From: Candidatus Uhrbacteria bacterium CG10_big_fil_rev_8_21_14_0_10_50_16
Lineage (GTDB): Bacteria; Patescibacteriota; Patescibacteriia; UBA9934; UBA11717
DNA: 64,000 nt
NCBI GenBank assembly: GCA_002774875.1
Contig: PCYM01000010.1
Coordinates: forward strand, 8,645-72,644
Direction: 5' to 3'
How positions within the stretch are numbered: the first letter of the stretch is position 1; each line of letters begins with the position of its first letter. Positions 51,305 to 61,999 of this stretch are shown here, one piece after another. A program made the translations under genes and the position numbers. The notes below the pieces were generated by a model, which was given only the letters and a program-made list of their open reading frames with translations, did no database searches and was not told the origin of the DNA.

Positions 51305-52441
51305 ATGAGAAATCGAGCAATGATGTGTGTAGTGATGGTTCTGACGGCATGCAACTTTGGACCCAGCGACTCGGAGACGGGTGACATGGGTGGTGGTGCG
51401 CCGGTAGTGGATGGTCGTCCCACGTTGCATATGCCGTTTCCAGTTGGGACGGCCTGGCGCTGCACACAGGGCGCCAACGGGTCGTGGTCGCATCGGTACA
51501 ACTCCACACGGTACGACGTGGACTTTGACACGCCCAACCCGCCGAGTCCGGTGACCAAGATCTACGCGCCGGTGGACGGTGTGGCGTACGTGCACAACGA
51601 CCAGACCGGATTCGGTCTGCACGTGAACGTGGATCATGGCGATGGCACCTACAGCGTTCTGGGGCACATGTCGCAGACGTTGGTGGAAGATGACAGTTGG
51701 GTGAGTGCCGGACAGCCCTTGGGTCTGGACGGCTGCACGGGCAACTGCACCGGAGATCATGTCCACCTGGGCGTGCACACGGGTGATGCCTCGCGTCCGG
51801 CGGGCGAAGGATCGTCCATCCCGTTCAACGTGTTTGCGGTGGACAGTAACGTGAGCATTACGCCCACGGCGCACAACACGAGTAACATGGTGTGCGGTCT
51901 CACGCAGGGACACTTCTACGAGAGCCAGTTGCCCGCGTGGTCGGACAACCAGACCGACGACTCGGATGTACCTACACCGCCGGACGAGGAAGACCCGACG
52001 CCATCGGATGCAGGTGACTCCGCGGACGACGATTCGGACGCAGCTGATGACGATTCGGACGCCGTAGACGACCCTGGTTCGCCGGACCCCAACCCGTCTA
52101 CGGGGCTTATTGAGCTCTGCTGGCTGCCCACCGGTCTTGTGAATCCGCACGACGGTGAGCTCTGGGTTTGGGACGGTGGATGGCAGACGGTCAACATGGT
52201 CGCGGGCGGCTTTGTGCAGCTCTGCGGCACGGTGACGGCGGACCCTGGTGACGTGTTGTTGATCAACGGGGAATTTGAGGCGGCCAACGTGCTGTCCAAC
52301 CCCTGGTGGATCTGCAGCAACTGGGGTGCTGCCGGTGGCATGGTGGTGCATGGGACGTTCTTCGTGAACGGCATCGCACTCCCGGCCACGGGTGTGGATA
52401 ACGGTGTCAACGGTTGCAATACGCGACTGATGGTGCCCTAA
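51305..52441 (+). CDS. M23-family metallopeptidase lipoprotein
   Basis: Lipobox VLTA-C; H...DVDF, YAPVDG, GHM, TGNCTGDHVHLG; acidic linker and C-terminal beta domain. Confidence 0.88.
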   Translation: MRNRAMMCVVMVLTACNFGPSDSETGDMGGGAPVVDGRPTLHMPFPVGTAWRCTQGANGSWSHRYNSTRYDVDFDTPNPPSPVTKIYAPVDGVAYVHNDQTGFGLHVNVDHGDGTYSVLGHMSQTLVEDDSWVSAGQPLGLDGCTGNCTGDHVHLGVHTGDASRPAGEGSSIPFNVFAVDSNVSITPTAHNTSNMVCGLTQGHFYESQLPAWSDNQTDDSDVPTPPDEEDPTPSDAGDSADDDSDAADDDSDAVDDPGSPDPNPSTGLIELCWLPTGLVNPHDGELWVWDGGWQTVNMVAGGFVQLCGTVTADPGDVLLINGEFEAANVLSNPWWICSNWGAAGGMVVHGTFFVNGIALPATGVDNGVNGCNTRLMVP

Positions 52442-52552
52442 CGTAGCACTTGGTACGATCGATTTTGTTCGGTCGTGCCAAGCTTCAATTTGTGGATAGC
52501 CGGCTCACATCTCTTAGCGGTGCGTGCTATACTGGAGCTAATTACAAGGCAC

Positions 52553-55327
52553 ATGCTTAATTGGTTTCAACGTTCTAAACAAGTAATTCTGCGCGTTACA
52601 ACATCCCTCTCTGTTGTTGCGTTGTTTCTGTTTGTAGCACCGTCTGTTCACGCGGGTAGTTTATCCGATGCGTGGAATGATCCAGGATTATTTCTGGCAC
52701 GCATGATTGCCTATCTCATTGATAATTTGGGAGAGGTTATTGCGAGTCTCGCGACGTTGGAGCTCAAGATTCTGCAACCGATTTTGCAGTACAGCGATTT
52801 TATTAGCCACCCTGTTGTAGTAATGGGATGGGAGATTGTGCGGAACCTTACAAATACGGCGCTCATTGTCTTTATGTTGATCATTGCTTTTGGCACCATG
52901 TTTGGGGTCAAAAAGGTTAACTGGCAACAACAGATTCCAAAGTTACTAATTGCCGCCATTGCCATAAACTACAGCCGCATCATTACAGGTTTGTTCATTG
53001 ATATTGGTCAGGTAGTGATGAATGCATTCGTCAACGCACTCCAACAGGTAGGATTTGCCAACTTTTTTGAGATGCTCAAAATTCGAGAGGCCTACCAGCT
53101 TTCAGACCATCCTACGGGATTGGCAGAAGCGGGTACAGCGTTGACGTTATTGGGAACATCAATTTTTGCGCTCGTTCAAATTATTATTGTTGTGATTGTG
53201 TTGGGTGTAATGATTGCTGTTTTGTTGTACCGCGTTGTGGTTCTGTGGGTACTGATTGTGTTGTCGCCGGCCGCCTTTGGGGCGCGTGCAGCCGATGGGA
53301 TGCTTTCCAAGGCGGGAAATTATTACAGTGAATGGTGGGGTAAACTCACGGCGGCGGTGATGATTGGGCCGATTTTGGCGTTTTTTTTGTGGTTGTCTTT
53401 GGCGGCAACGGGAGCGAGCGATAAAGGATTGGCGGCAAACTTCGACACGTCTCTTGCAGAAGAAAACCAAGGAATTATCCAAAATAAGTCTTCTAATACA
53501 TCGCATTTACTCGCGTATGTGATTGGTATTGCGCTTTTGCTTGCTGGATTGGAGATGGCAAGTGGTACGGCGGGGCAGTTGGGAGGGTTCGCGGCCAAGG
53601 CGGTGAGCACCGGGTCCGGGTGGTCCAAAAAATTCGCCGCGGCACCTGTGTCGCTTGCGGGTGCGGCAACGGCCAAGACCGCACGTTTTGGTGGGCGGCA
53701 AGTCAAAAAAGTCGGTCGTTCCGGGGTTGAGTTGGCAACAGATCAAGTAAAGGGTCGAACGGCCGATTTTCGTCAATACACGCGTAAACGACTGGATCGT
53801 TTTGCCGATCGCTCTATTTTGGGTGGTGGTCTTGTAGGGGGAGCTATCGGACGACGCGCACGGGGAGTTTCTAGAAAAATGGGTAGTATGGACGATGCAG
53901 ATCGTAAACGCTTTCAGCAAGAAGAAGCCGGGTTTGGAGCAGACCTTTCCTTGGAGGAAAGTATGCGTTATCTGGAGGAAAACAGAGATTCAGGAAGTGC
54001 GCGCACACAAGCGCGAGTGGCACAACTACGTGGTTCTGTTGCATCTAACAAGGATCACATGAACACATTGCTTCAGGGTACGCCGGCACAGGCTGGACAG
54101 GCACGCCAAATGGTCAAAGATTCCATGCAACACTTTAAGGACACGGGTGATGATGCTTCTGTAAAGAAACTTGAGGATCGCATGAAGCAAGATTTGCGTC
54201 TTGGCAATGTAGATGCAAGTGGTATGAGTAGCGCCATGGAGAAGATGACAGACCGAGAGCTAAAAGGTCTATCAGAAGACAACTTTTCCGATGCAAACTT
54301 CCGTCAGGCAATGGCAAGTTCCGGTATGTTAAATCGATTCTTTGGTGGTACAGCGGACGAAAATGCGCGCAATCAGCAAGGATACTCTCGTTCCTTTATT
54401 CAGGGAGCGACGCGCGCAAATGCAAACCGGGCCCTGGACGGAGCGGAGACAACGCGTAATCAGGATGAACAAGACAGAATTGCCGCATTGGCACCGGCCG
54501 CTGCACGTGAGATTCCGCAACAGAGCAACAATACAGCGCATCGTCTTATGAATGCCCATTCTGCAGGAACGATGGGCAATACATTGTCTGCCGGTCTTAA
54601 TTTGCAGGATATTGATCTTGCAGAAATGCGTGCTGCGGGCGGAGGAACACTAGACCCTGTATTTGAAAATAGACTTATCGATGCAATACATGAGGCAATG
54701 ACATCCAGTAAGTCCGTTCCAATGGTTCAAGGATTGATGGAGGCAAGCCGCAACGCGGGTGCACCGCAGGAGCAGGCGCGTGCTCGGGAAATGATTAACT
54801 TTATGAGTGGAGCAAACGTTGCAGGATTGGACATTGGAACAGAAATTGATGCCGATGTTGCTAGCGGTGCTATTACCGGTGGTTCAGCGAGTGCTGTTCG
54901 TGCCCATCGAGCATTGCGAAACGGAGCTGTAGGATTTGGAGACATGGATCAATACGGTTTTGATGCTGCACGTCCACCCGCTAACCAGTTTGGTAATGAA
55001 ACAAATCGTCGCGAGTTTAGAACTGCGATTGCAACCAATCCATCCATCATTACAAACATTAACAACCGTATAACGGCAAACGGTGGGAATAATGACGTAG
55101 CTCGATCTGTAGCGCAGACCTTTGACAAACAAGCGCTTAATGGATTGCTAGAGAGTTTTGAAAAGGCGCGTGGAGGTCCACAAGAGGAAATGTATCGAGG
55201 AATTATTCAACAGGTTGGACAGGTGTTACAAAACCAGAGCCAGCTCATTGCCGAGGGCGATGAGATTTACGATCAAGTACAGCAAGCACAGCAACACTTT
55301 AGAACGCGTATTCGTACGCAACTATAA
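52553..55327 (+). CDS. VirB6/TrbL-like polytopic membrane protein with long soluble C-terminus
   Basis: GWEIVRNLTN, LLIAAIAINYS...ID, YRVVVLWVLIVLSPAAF, WWGKL, GP...FFLWL. Confidence 0.8.
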   Translation: MLNWFQRSKQVILRVTTSLSVVALFLFVAPSVHAGSLSDAWNDPGLFLARMIAYLIDNLGEVIASLATLELKILQPILQYSDFISHPVVVMGWEIVRNLTNTALIVFMLIIAFGTMFGVKKVNWQQQIPKLLIAAIAINYSRIITGLFIDIGQVVMNAFVNALQQVGFANFFEMLKIREAYQLSDHPTGLAEAGTALTLLGTSIFALVQIIIVVIVLGVMIAVLLYRVVVLWVLIVLSPAAFGARAADGMLSKAGNYYSEWWGKLTAAVMIGPILAFFLWLSLAATGASDKGLAANFDTSLAEENQGIIQNKSSNTSHLLAYVIGIALLLAGLEMASGTAGQLGGFAAKAVSTGSGWSKKFAAAPVSLAGAATAKTARFGGRQVKKVGRSGVELATDQVKGRTADFRQYTRKRLDRFADRSILGGGLVGGAIGRRARGVSRKMGSMDDADRKRFQQEEAGFGADLSLEESMRYLEENRDSGSARTQARVAQLRGSVASNKDHMNTLLQGTPAQAGQARQMVKDSMQHFKDTGDDASVKKLEDRMKQDLRLGNVDASGMSSAMEKMTDRELKGLSEDNFSDANFRQAMASSGMLNRFFGGTADENARNQQGYSRSFIQGATRANANRALDGAETTRNQDEQDRIAALAPAAAREIPQQSNNTAHRLMNAHSAGTMGNTLSAGLNLQDIDLAEMRAAGGGTLDPVFENRLIDAIHEAMTSSKSVPMVQGLMEASRNAGAPQEQARAREMINFMSGANVAGLDIGTEIDADVASGAITGGSASAVRAHRALRNGAVGFGDMDQYGFDAARPPANQFGNETNRREFRTAIATNPSIITNINNRITANGGNNDVARSVAQTFDKQALNGLLESFEKARGGPQEEMYRGIIQQVGQVLQNQSQLIAEGDEIYDQVQQAQQHFRTRIRTQL

Positions 55328-55329
55328 CT

Positions 55330-57279
55330 ATGCCGCAATTGTCAGAGAGAACGTTCCTCTATCGGTTTTTGCCCGATGAGATTCGAGCATTCTTTTTGGC
55401 ATCTGGGTTTGAGGATATTGAAGCGATTGCAAAGGTCTACGGACTGTCTCAAGACGCAATAGACACCTTGGACACCATTCAACAGGAGGTTTTATTTGGG
55501 TATGAGCCGGTCGACAAGGTGCGTAACCTCATTCAAGATCGACTTAAGTTCGATGAAAAACTTGCTACACGCGTGGCGTTAGATTTGATCGAGAAGCGCT
55601 TTTTGCCGATTGATTCGTATCTCGGCTCCACGGCATACAGGGTTTTTTCTAGTCTTGGGGGTAATGTAACGGTGGTCAATATTAAACGCATCGACGCATC
55701 TGGCGGTACAGTCGTGGATGTTCGTCGAAGCATGACGGAATATCTCGCAGAGCAAGCGGTTAAAGCCGCCAATCCACCTGCGGCTGCGCCTGTTATTGAG
55801 GCGCCGGCAGCTATTCAACCTACACCGGTTCTTCAAACTCCCAAGCCCGTTGTTGAGCCTGTTGTGCAGAAGGCAGATCAGCCCACGGTAAAACCGACTG
55901 TTCAGAAAATGACGGAGCCTGTTAAAGAACAAAAGATCGGATCAAAATCTGTCGCTGCACCGATCGTAAAACCATTCGTCGAACAACAATCTTCGCCAAA
56001 ACCTGTCGAGAAGGTGTCCGTTGTTTTGCCACCTGTAGAATCGGATGAGGTAAAAACGGTAAAAGCATTTGATAAAAAATTAGATCGCCTAGACCCTGTT
56101 CGTAAGGGAGAAAAAGGGAAGGAGACGGGCGTGGTGAATGCGCCACTGGATCCGTCGCATGAGTTAGCTCCACCGCCCCCGGTGCTTGTAACAACGTTGG
56201 ATCAACCTAAAACGCGTAAAATTGCTGCGTTCTTTTCGCGTAAACCCAAAACGGGAATTAAACCTGAGCCGATTGTTTCATCGAAGCCAGAGCCAGTTGT
56301 CCCAAAGAAACAGGCGCCCATCTCCTCTGCTCCCGTAAAAGCGACGGAGTCCATTATGCGTGCTCCTGCCAAGGAGATTGTGGCAAAGGTAACCCCGGTC
56401 AAGCGTTCCCATGCGTTTCCCGAGGTGGAGGAAGAGGCAGAAGTCGCCAAGATGATGAAAAGTCTCGGCAGAGGGTCGCAGGTGCCGCCAAGCTTGGAGA
56501 ACAGTAAAATTGATGAGGTACAACGTAAACTTTCTTTGTCGTTTCCGTCGGCGGAACTCGACAAGCGATTTCGTGTGCTTGTGGGGTCACGATTGTCTGG
56601 GGTACGAACAGGTACGGCGTTCGCATCTGCGCTAGCGCGACCAATTGTCCAAGGGGGACTTGGATTTGATACACACACCGTGGAGCGTGTGTTGGATACC
56701 GTGGAAGGACATTTGGAATCGTCTCATTCCTCTGCAACCACAAAACTTGCGGAGGAAAAAGCTGCCTATGTTGCCACGAGGACCGAGCAATACAAAACAG
56801 ACACGCAAACACCTCCAGTACCGGAGACTGCGCCTGTAAAGACCTCTTTTACATCGACCGCGCCAAAAACACGCGCCGTGTTGTCGCAATCAACGGTTAA
56901 AGCAGGAAGGACGGCCTCTGGCAAGCAGCCGGTTGTGGACGTGCAATACAAGCGTCGTCTTGTGGGTCCTGTGGAGGAGCTTCAGAGGATGAATCTGGAG
57001 GATTTTAGGCGGTTACCAGGGGACGCAACGGAGGTGTTGGAAAATATTCGCGAGGATATTCATGCGATGTCTCGGCGAGATCCTGCCTTGTATATTCAAG
57101 GCGTGGAGGCGTGGCGGTCTAGCCCGCTTGTTGGGTTGTATCGCAAGCTAATGAGTACGGCGCTGCAACAAGGTGTTGCGATTGAATCCATTTTGTCTGA
57201 CAAGCACCTTAATCCCGGTGTTATTACACTTGAGGAACTCAACGCAATTCGTTCGTTCAATGCTTCTCTGCGTTATTAA
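55330..57279 (+). CDS. Hypothetical protein with a Pro/Lys/Val-rich central region (T4SS-cluster associated)
   Basis: Folded-looking termini (GGLG; LVGPVEEL...DFRRL...WRSSPL) around a low-complexity linker. Confidence 0.75.
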   Translation: MPQLSERTFLYRFLPDEIRAFFLASGFEDIEAIAKVYGLSQDAIDTLDTIQQEVLFGYEPVDKVRNLIQDRLKFDEKLATRVALDLIEKRFLPIDSYLGSTAYRVFSSLGGNVTVVNIKRIDASGGTVVDVRRSMTEYLAEQAVKAANPPAAAPVIEAPAAIQPTPVLQTPKPVVEPVVQKADQPTVKPTVQKMTEPVKEQKIGSKSVAAPIVKPFVEQQSSPKPVEKVSVVLPPVESDEVKTVKAFDKKLDRLDPVRKGEKGKETGVVNAPLDPSHELAPPPPVLVTTLDQPKTRKIAAFFSRKPKTGIKPEPIVSSKPEPVVPKKQAPISSAPVKATESIMRAPAKEIVAKVTPVKRSHAFPEVEEEAEVAKMMKSLGRGSQVPPSLENSKIDEVQRKLSLSFPSAELDKRFRVLVGSRLSGVRTGTAFASALARPIVQGGLGFDTHTVERVLDTVEGHLESSHSSATTKLAEEKAAYVATRTEQYKTDTQTPPVPETAPVKTSFTSTAPKTRAVLSQSTVKAGRTASGKQPVVDVQYKRRLVGPVEELQRMNLEDFRRLPGDATEVLENIREDIHAMSRRDPALYIQGVEAWRSSPLVGLYRKLMSTALQQGVAIESILSDKHLNPGVITLEELNAIRSFNASLRY

Positions 57280-57344
57280 CTGTTGACAAAAATACGTGCA
57301 CCGTTTCTGTCACGCGTCTTACACTAATCTGTTATACTGTACCC

Positions 57345-57797
57345 ATGGCTGGAGAGTCAGAACAATTCGTGATCCCGCAGTTTATAGATGTGGAAAGCAA
57401 GATTATCGGTCCGATTACGGTCCGACAGTTTACGCTTATCATGGCATCAGGGCTTGTGGGAGCGATTATCTACAAGCTGTTTGATTTTAGCTTGTTTTTA
57501 CTGATTGTTATTCCACAAGCTATCGTAACGCTCCTGTTTGCCTTCGTAAAAATTAACGGTCAAGGATTGCATTATGTGGCGCTGAATTGGATTCAAACAC
57601 TGCGTCGCCCCTCGTTGCGTGTATGGAATAAAAATAGAACAGACGCGGATCTCAAGGCGAAGATTTTTAAAAAGGAACCTCCCCCTCCACCACCGTCATT
57701 CACAAAACCCTCGTTGCATGGATCGCGATTGCGAGACCTATCGCTCGTGGTCAATACGGGTGGCGTATATATTCCTGATGATGAGAAAACAACCTAG
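57345..57797 (+). CDS. PrgI-family (VirB3-like) protein
   Basis: QFVIPQFIDVESKIIGPITVRQF, two TMs, AFVKING. Confidence 0.88.
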   Translation: MAGESEQFVIPQFIDVESKIIGPITVRQFTLIMASGLVGAIIYKLFDFSLFLLIVIPQAIVTLLFAFVKINGQGLHYVALNWIQTLRRPSLRVWNKNRTDADLKAKIFKKEPPPPPPSFTKPSLHGSRLRDLSLVVNTGGVYIPDDEKTT

Positions 57798-57799
57798 GT

Positions 57800-58495
57800 A
57801 TGGCCTCAAAACAGAAACAAACAAGCGATCCAAAGCGACCCACCACGCAACGATACCTGGATATTCAGGAAATTCGTGACGATATTGTTGCATTAAAAGA
57901 CGGAACTGTTCGCGCGGTTATTTTGGTGTCGAGTATCAACTTTGCCCTCAAGTCGACCGACGAGCAGCAGGCGGTGATTCAGGCGTATATGCAGTTTTTG
58001 AATGGGCTTGATTATCCACTGCAAGTAGTGATTCAATCACGAAAAATGCGCATCGACGATTATGTGGCTCGTATGCGGGAGGCAAGTGCCGATCTCAAGA
58101 ATGAGCTCCTTAGAACACAAACGGACGATTATATTTCCTTTATCCAGGAGCTTGTGGCGGGGAACGACATTATGAGTAAACGGTTCTATATTATTGTGCC
58201 TTACGATCCGTTTACTAACAAGAAGCGGAATTTTTGGACGCGAGCCGGAGAGGCATTGGCGCCAGGGTCGCGTATCCGGTTGAGTGAGAAACAGTTTGTG
58301 GAACGACAACATGAATTGGAACAACGTGTAGCGCAGGCGTTGGGAAGTCTCAATAGTATGGGCTTGTCTGGTGCGCGGTTGGATACACAGAGTTTGATTG
58401 AGATGTATTACAATTCGTATAACCCGGTTACCTCACAAGCACAACCGCTCGCGGATGTAAGTAAGTTAGATATCGACACGTCGTATGGCTTTTGA
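57800..58495 (+). CDS. T4SS-associated protein preceding VirB4
   Basis: TQRYLDIQEIRDD, VSSINFALKS..EQ, KRFYIIVPY, YNSYNP. Confidence 0.75.
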   Translation: MASKQKQTSDPKRPTTQRYLDIQEIRDDIVALKDGTVRAVILVSSINFALKSTDEQQAVIQAYMQFLNGLDYPLQVVIQSRKMRIDDYVARMREASADLKNELLRTQTDDYISFIQELVAGNDIMSKRFYIIVPYDPFTNKKRNFWTRAGEALAPGSRIRLSEKQFVERQHELEQRVAQALGSLNSMGLSGARLDTQSLIEMYYNSYNPVTSQAQPLADVSKLDIDTSYGF

Positions 58496-60542
58496 ACAAC
58501 AAATTGAATCGTTCGAGCAGTCGAGTCGGAAGAAGGCAAAAACGGAAAAGGGACCTGCGCACCCACAGGCACCAAAAAAGCTCAATCCAAAACAGGAGCA
58601 GCAGCAACAGCAACGCCGCGAACAAGACAGTGTACGGCAGCTCCTTGAGGAAGAACGCGTGTACCAGCGTGGCGTCATCTCTATTCGTGACCTCATCGCA
58701 CCGTCTTCCTTTGACGTCAACTCGAGCTATCTAAAAATCGCGGACGTGTACATGCGCACGCTCTTTATTGTTGCTTATCCTCGGTATGTGGGTGTTGGTT
58801 GGGCAGCCCCTGTGATTAACCTTAACTGGACGTTGGACATCTCGATGTTCTTTTACCCAATCGAGGCCAAGGTTATTTTAAAACAGTTGCAAAAGAAGGC
58901 CGGAGAGGTGGAAGCACAGCTTTCTACGGATCAACAAAAAGGAAAGCCTCGGGACCCGTTGCGAGAGACGGCATTGCGAGATATAGAAGGTTTGCGCGAT
59001 TCGCTCACCCAGGGGGTAGAGCACTTCTTCCAATTTGCGTTTTACGTGACAATCTATGCAAAAGACAAAGAGGAACTTGATCGCGTGAGTGACGATATCG
59101 ATTCACTCTTTGGATCAAAACTCATCCATACAAAACGTGGATACTACCAGTCGGAGCAGGGATTCAACTCGACGATTCCTTTAGGCAACGACGAACTTCA
59201 GATTACGTTTAACATGAGCACAAGCCCGATTGCGTCGAGTTTCCCCTTTATCTCTTCTGAGTTGACGAGCGACAATGGAATTTTATACGGCATTAATCGT
59301 CATAATAACAGTTTAATCTTGTTTGATCGGTTTAGTTTGCAAAATGCTAACGGTGTAGTGTTTGCAACCTCTGGAGCCGGAAAAAGTTACGCCGTGAAGT
59401 TGGAAATTATCCGTTCCATGATGTTGGGTGTGGAGGTGATTGTTATTGACCCGGAAATGGAATACAAAACACTGTCGGATGCAGTTGGAGGAACTTACGT
59501 CAACGTATCGCTCTCGTCGGAAAGTAAGATCAACCCATTCGATTTGCCGCGTGCGATTACCGTGGATCAAGCGGTGGATGATATTATTCGATCAGCGGTT
59601 ATTACGGCAAAGGGTTTGCTGCGGATTATGATGGGAACGCCGCAAGGACAGGCGGGAAAGGTTGGCTTTACACCAGAGGAAGATGCTTTGCTGGATCGGG
59701 GCATCTTGGAGGCGTATGCAAAGAAGGATATTACCGCGCACAGTGATTTGGCGACGGTGGATCCACCAACCATGAAGGATCTGCAAGAGGTCTTGGAGGG
59801 TATGACGGGTGCCGAACAATTGGTAGAGCGGCTCAAGAAGTACACACTTGGAACCTTCGCTGGATTGTTTAACTCGCCAACAACGGTAGAAACGGATAAT
59901 CAACTGGTCATTTTTTCTGTGCGAGATTTGGAGGACGAGTTGCGGCCAATGGCGATTTACAACATTATTACTTACATTTGGAACGTTGTACGATCCACAC
60001 GCAAAAAACGTTTGCTCGTGATTGATGAGGCCTGGTGGTTGATGCAGCACGAGGACTCCGCGCGATTCATTTTTGCACTCGTTAAACGTGGCCGTAAGTA
60101 CTACTTGGGCGTGCAGACCATTACGCAGGATGTAAACGACTTTTTACGATCGCCCTACGGACAGGCTATTGTGACTAACTCCAGTATGCAGTTGCTCATG
60201 AAGCAATCACCGGCGTCTGCCGACTTGGTGCAGAGCACGTTTAATCTGACGGATGCAGAAAAATACTTGCTTTTAGAGGCAGGAATTGGACAAGGGATCT
60301 TCTTTGCAGGTAACAAACACGCGGCAATTCAGGTGGTAGCAAGTTATGCCGAAGACAAACTGGTGACCACAAACCCACAACAGCTTTTGGAGCTGGAGGC
60401 ACAGCGACGACAGTTTGAGCAGGAACTCGCATCGGAGCAGGCATCACAGCAGGGCATTGTAGATGAAGAAGTAGCAAAAAAAGAACTAGAAGAAACAATT
60501 GCAGATGAGGGGGAGGGGCTCGTGGATAGTCTCGCAAGCTAA
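58485..60542 (+). CDS. VirB4/TraE-like type IV secretion ATPase
   Basis: LYGIN, Walker A ATSGAGKS, IDPE.EY, INPFD, Walker B LLVIDEAW, KRGRKY, TQDVNDF. Confidence 0.92.
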   Translation: MAFEQQIESFEQSSRKKAKTEKGPAHPQAPKKLNPKQEQQQQQRREQDSVRQLLEEERVYQRGVISIRDLIAPSSFDVNSSYLKIADVYMRTLFIVAYPRYVGVGWAAPVINLNWTLDISMFFYPIEAKVILKQLQKKAGEVEAQLSTDQQKGKPRDPLRETALRDIEGLRDSLTQGVEHFFQFAFYVTIYAKDKEELDRVSDDIDSLFGSKLIHTKRGYYQSEQGFNSTIPLGNDELQITFNMSTSPIASSFPFISSELTSDNGILYGINRHNNSLILFDRFSLQNANGVVFATSGAGKSYAVKLEIIRSMMLGVEVIVIDPEMEYKTLSDAVGGTYVNVSLSSESKINPFDLPRAITVDQAVDDIIRSAVITAKGLLRIMMGTPQGQAGKVGFTPEEDALLDRGILEAYAKKDITAHSDLATVDPPTMKDLQEVLEGMTGAEQLVERLKKYTLGTFAGLFNSPTTVETDNQLVIFSVRDLEDELRPMAIYNIITYIWNVVRSTRKKRLLVIDEAWWLMQHEDSARFIFALVKRGRKYYLGVQTITQDVNDFLRSPYGQAIVTNSSMQLLMKQSPASADLVQSTFNLTDAEKYLLLEAGIGQGIFFAGNKHAAIQVVASYAEDKLVTTNPQQLLELEAQRRQFEQELASEQASQQGIVDEEVAKKELEETIADEGEGLVDSLAS

Positions 60543-60560
60543 TCGACGCACATAATTTGT

Positions 60561-61127
60561 ATGATGATCACACCAGAACAACGACGAAACGGCATTATCG
60601 GTATTATTATTTTGTGTTTATTGGCAATCCTACTTGTTTGGTTCTTCTTGTTCCGATCGCCTGCGGAGACACCGGTGGAGCTGGATCCTGGAGCTGTTCC
60701 AACGGCAAACGTAAAGGACAATACAACGACCCCCTCTGTTGCACCGCTTATAAGTCCGGACACGGCAAATGCAAAAACGGTTACGCGGAATTTTGCGGAG
60801 CGATTTGGGACTTATTCAACAGACGTGCCGTTTACCAACATCGAAGAAGTAAGAGAGCTTGCAACACCCGAGTATTTTGCGCAATTGCAGAGTCAGGTAT
60901 TTACGTTGCCTGAGGGAACGGAATATCAGGGTCGTACCACACGCGCGATTTCTACAGAGCAGACGAGTGGGAGTGAGACGAGTGGAGTTATGACGTTTTC
61001 TGTGACGGTACAACATGAAATCACCACCGGGAATCGCTTAAATGCAGAATTACAGTATCAAACTGCACAGGTCGCAGTGGAAAAACGAGGATCTGTGTGG
61101 CTTGTTAGTAGCTTCACATGGCAGTAG
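60561..61127 (+). CDS. Bitopic protein, possibly VirB8/TcpC-like (NTF2-like)
   Basis: One TM, then FAERFGTYS helices and a C-terminal VEKRGSVWLVSS strand; position directly after VirB4. Confidence 0.55.
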   Translation: MMITPEQRRNGIIGIIILCLLAILLVWFFLFRSPAETPVELDPGAVPTANVKDNTTTPSVAPLISPDTANAKTVTRNFAERFGTYSTDVPFTNIEEVRELATPEYFAQLQSQVFTLPEGTEYQGRTTRAISTEQTSGSETSGVMTFSVTVQHEITTGNRLNAELQYQTAQVAVEKRGSVWLVSSFTWQ

Positions 61128-61813
61128 GATTGTTTAAAACATTGAAAGACACAATCTTCCCCCTGAGCTGTGTTGGTTGCCAGCGCGACGGTGAGCTGTT
61201 ATGCACTGTATGTCGTGCTGGTTTTGTTTTTAGAAACACACAGCATTGCCCCGTTTGTGAAGCGCCAACTGTGTATGGCTCTACATGTGCGGAACATGTG
61301 GGAGGTGATTTGGATGGTGTGGTTGCGCTTGGGTGGTATGCAAACCCGCAATTACAAACGCTGATTCGTCAGTGGAAGTATGGGTATGTGCGCGAGGCAG
61401 AGCCGGTGATTGAGAGATTGGTTTCCGTCTGGATGAATCAAACCCAGCAACTACCCACGGGGGAGTGGGTAGTTGTGCCGGTGCCGTTACACCCGATTCG
61501 AGAGCGTCAGCGGGGATTTAATCAGGCGAGTATTTTAAGCCGTATGGTATCCGATGAGCTCGGGATTCCGATGGATACTTTGATTCTTATACGAACACGA
61601 CATGTCCTTAAGGCTCAAGCGAAGATGGAAGACAAAACCAAACGTGCAGCTAATCATTTGGACCATTTCCGTGTAGACGGGCAGGCGCCGCGCCAGGTTA
61701 TCTTGGTCGACGACGTCTATACAACGGGCAAGACCATGCAGGCCTGTGCGCGTGTCCTTAAACGCGCAGGCGCTCAGACTGTTTGGGGGTGTGTTCTTGC
61801 GCGTGGGGATTGA
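61118..61813 (+). CDS. comF: Competence protein ComF (Zn ribbon plus PRTase)
   Basis: CxxC pairs, PVPLH...RGFNQA, ILVDDVYTTGKT, LARG. Confidence 0.93.
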   Translation: MAVGLFKTLKDTIFPLSCVGCQRDGELLCTVCRAGFVFRNTQHCPVCEAPTVYGSTCAEHVGGDLDGVVALGWYANPQLQTLIRQWKYGYVREAEPVIERLVSVWMNQTQQLPTGEWVVVPVPLHPIRERQRGFNQASILSRMVSDELGIPMDTLILIRTRHVLKAQAKMEDKTKRAANHLDHFRVDGQAPRQVILVDDVYTTGKTMQACARVLKRAGAQTVWGCVLARGD

Positions 61814-61999
61814 CGAAGAGAAGATTGTCTGCTGGCGTGCGCGTAGAGGTGTCATGAAGATACTCATGTTGATTGGTTTGTTGGTTGTGTGCGTGCCGTG
61901 AAAGGTGCAGAGCCGCCCACGCCTGATACTGCCATCATTCGCACTATAAGCGTTAAGGTGCTCCCTCAAGAGGTCCGTCTGGACCTTCTTATTTTTTAC

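Noticed and set aside
49504..52419. Long antisense ORFs (49504-50199 +, 51188-52351 -, and similarly 27183-27770 -, 22680-23624 -)
   Set aside because: These are shadow frames of well-supported genes on the opposite strand, with no motifs of their own.
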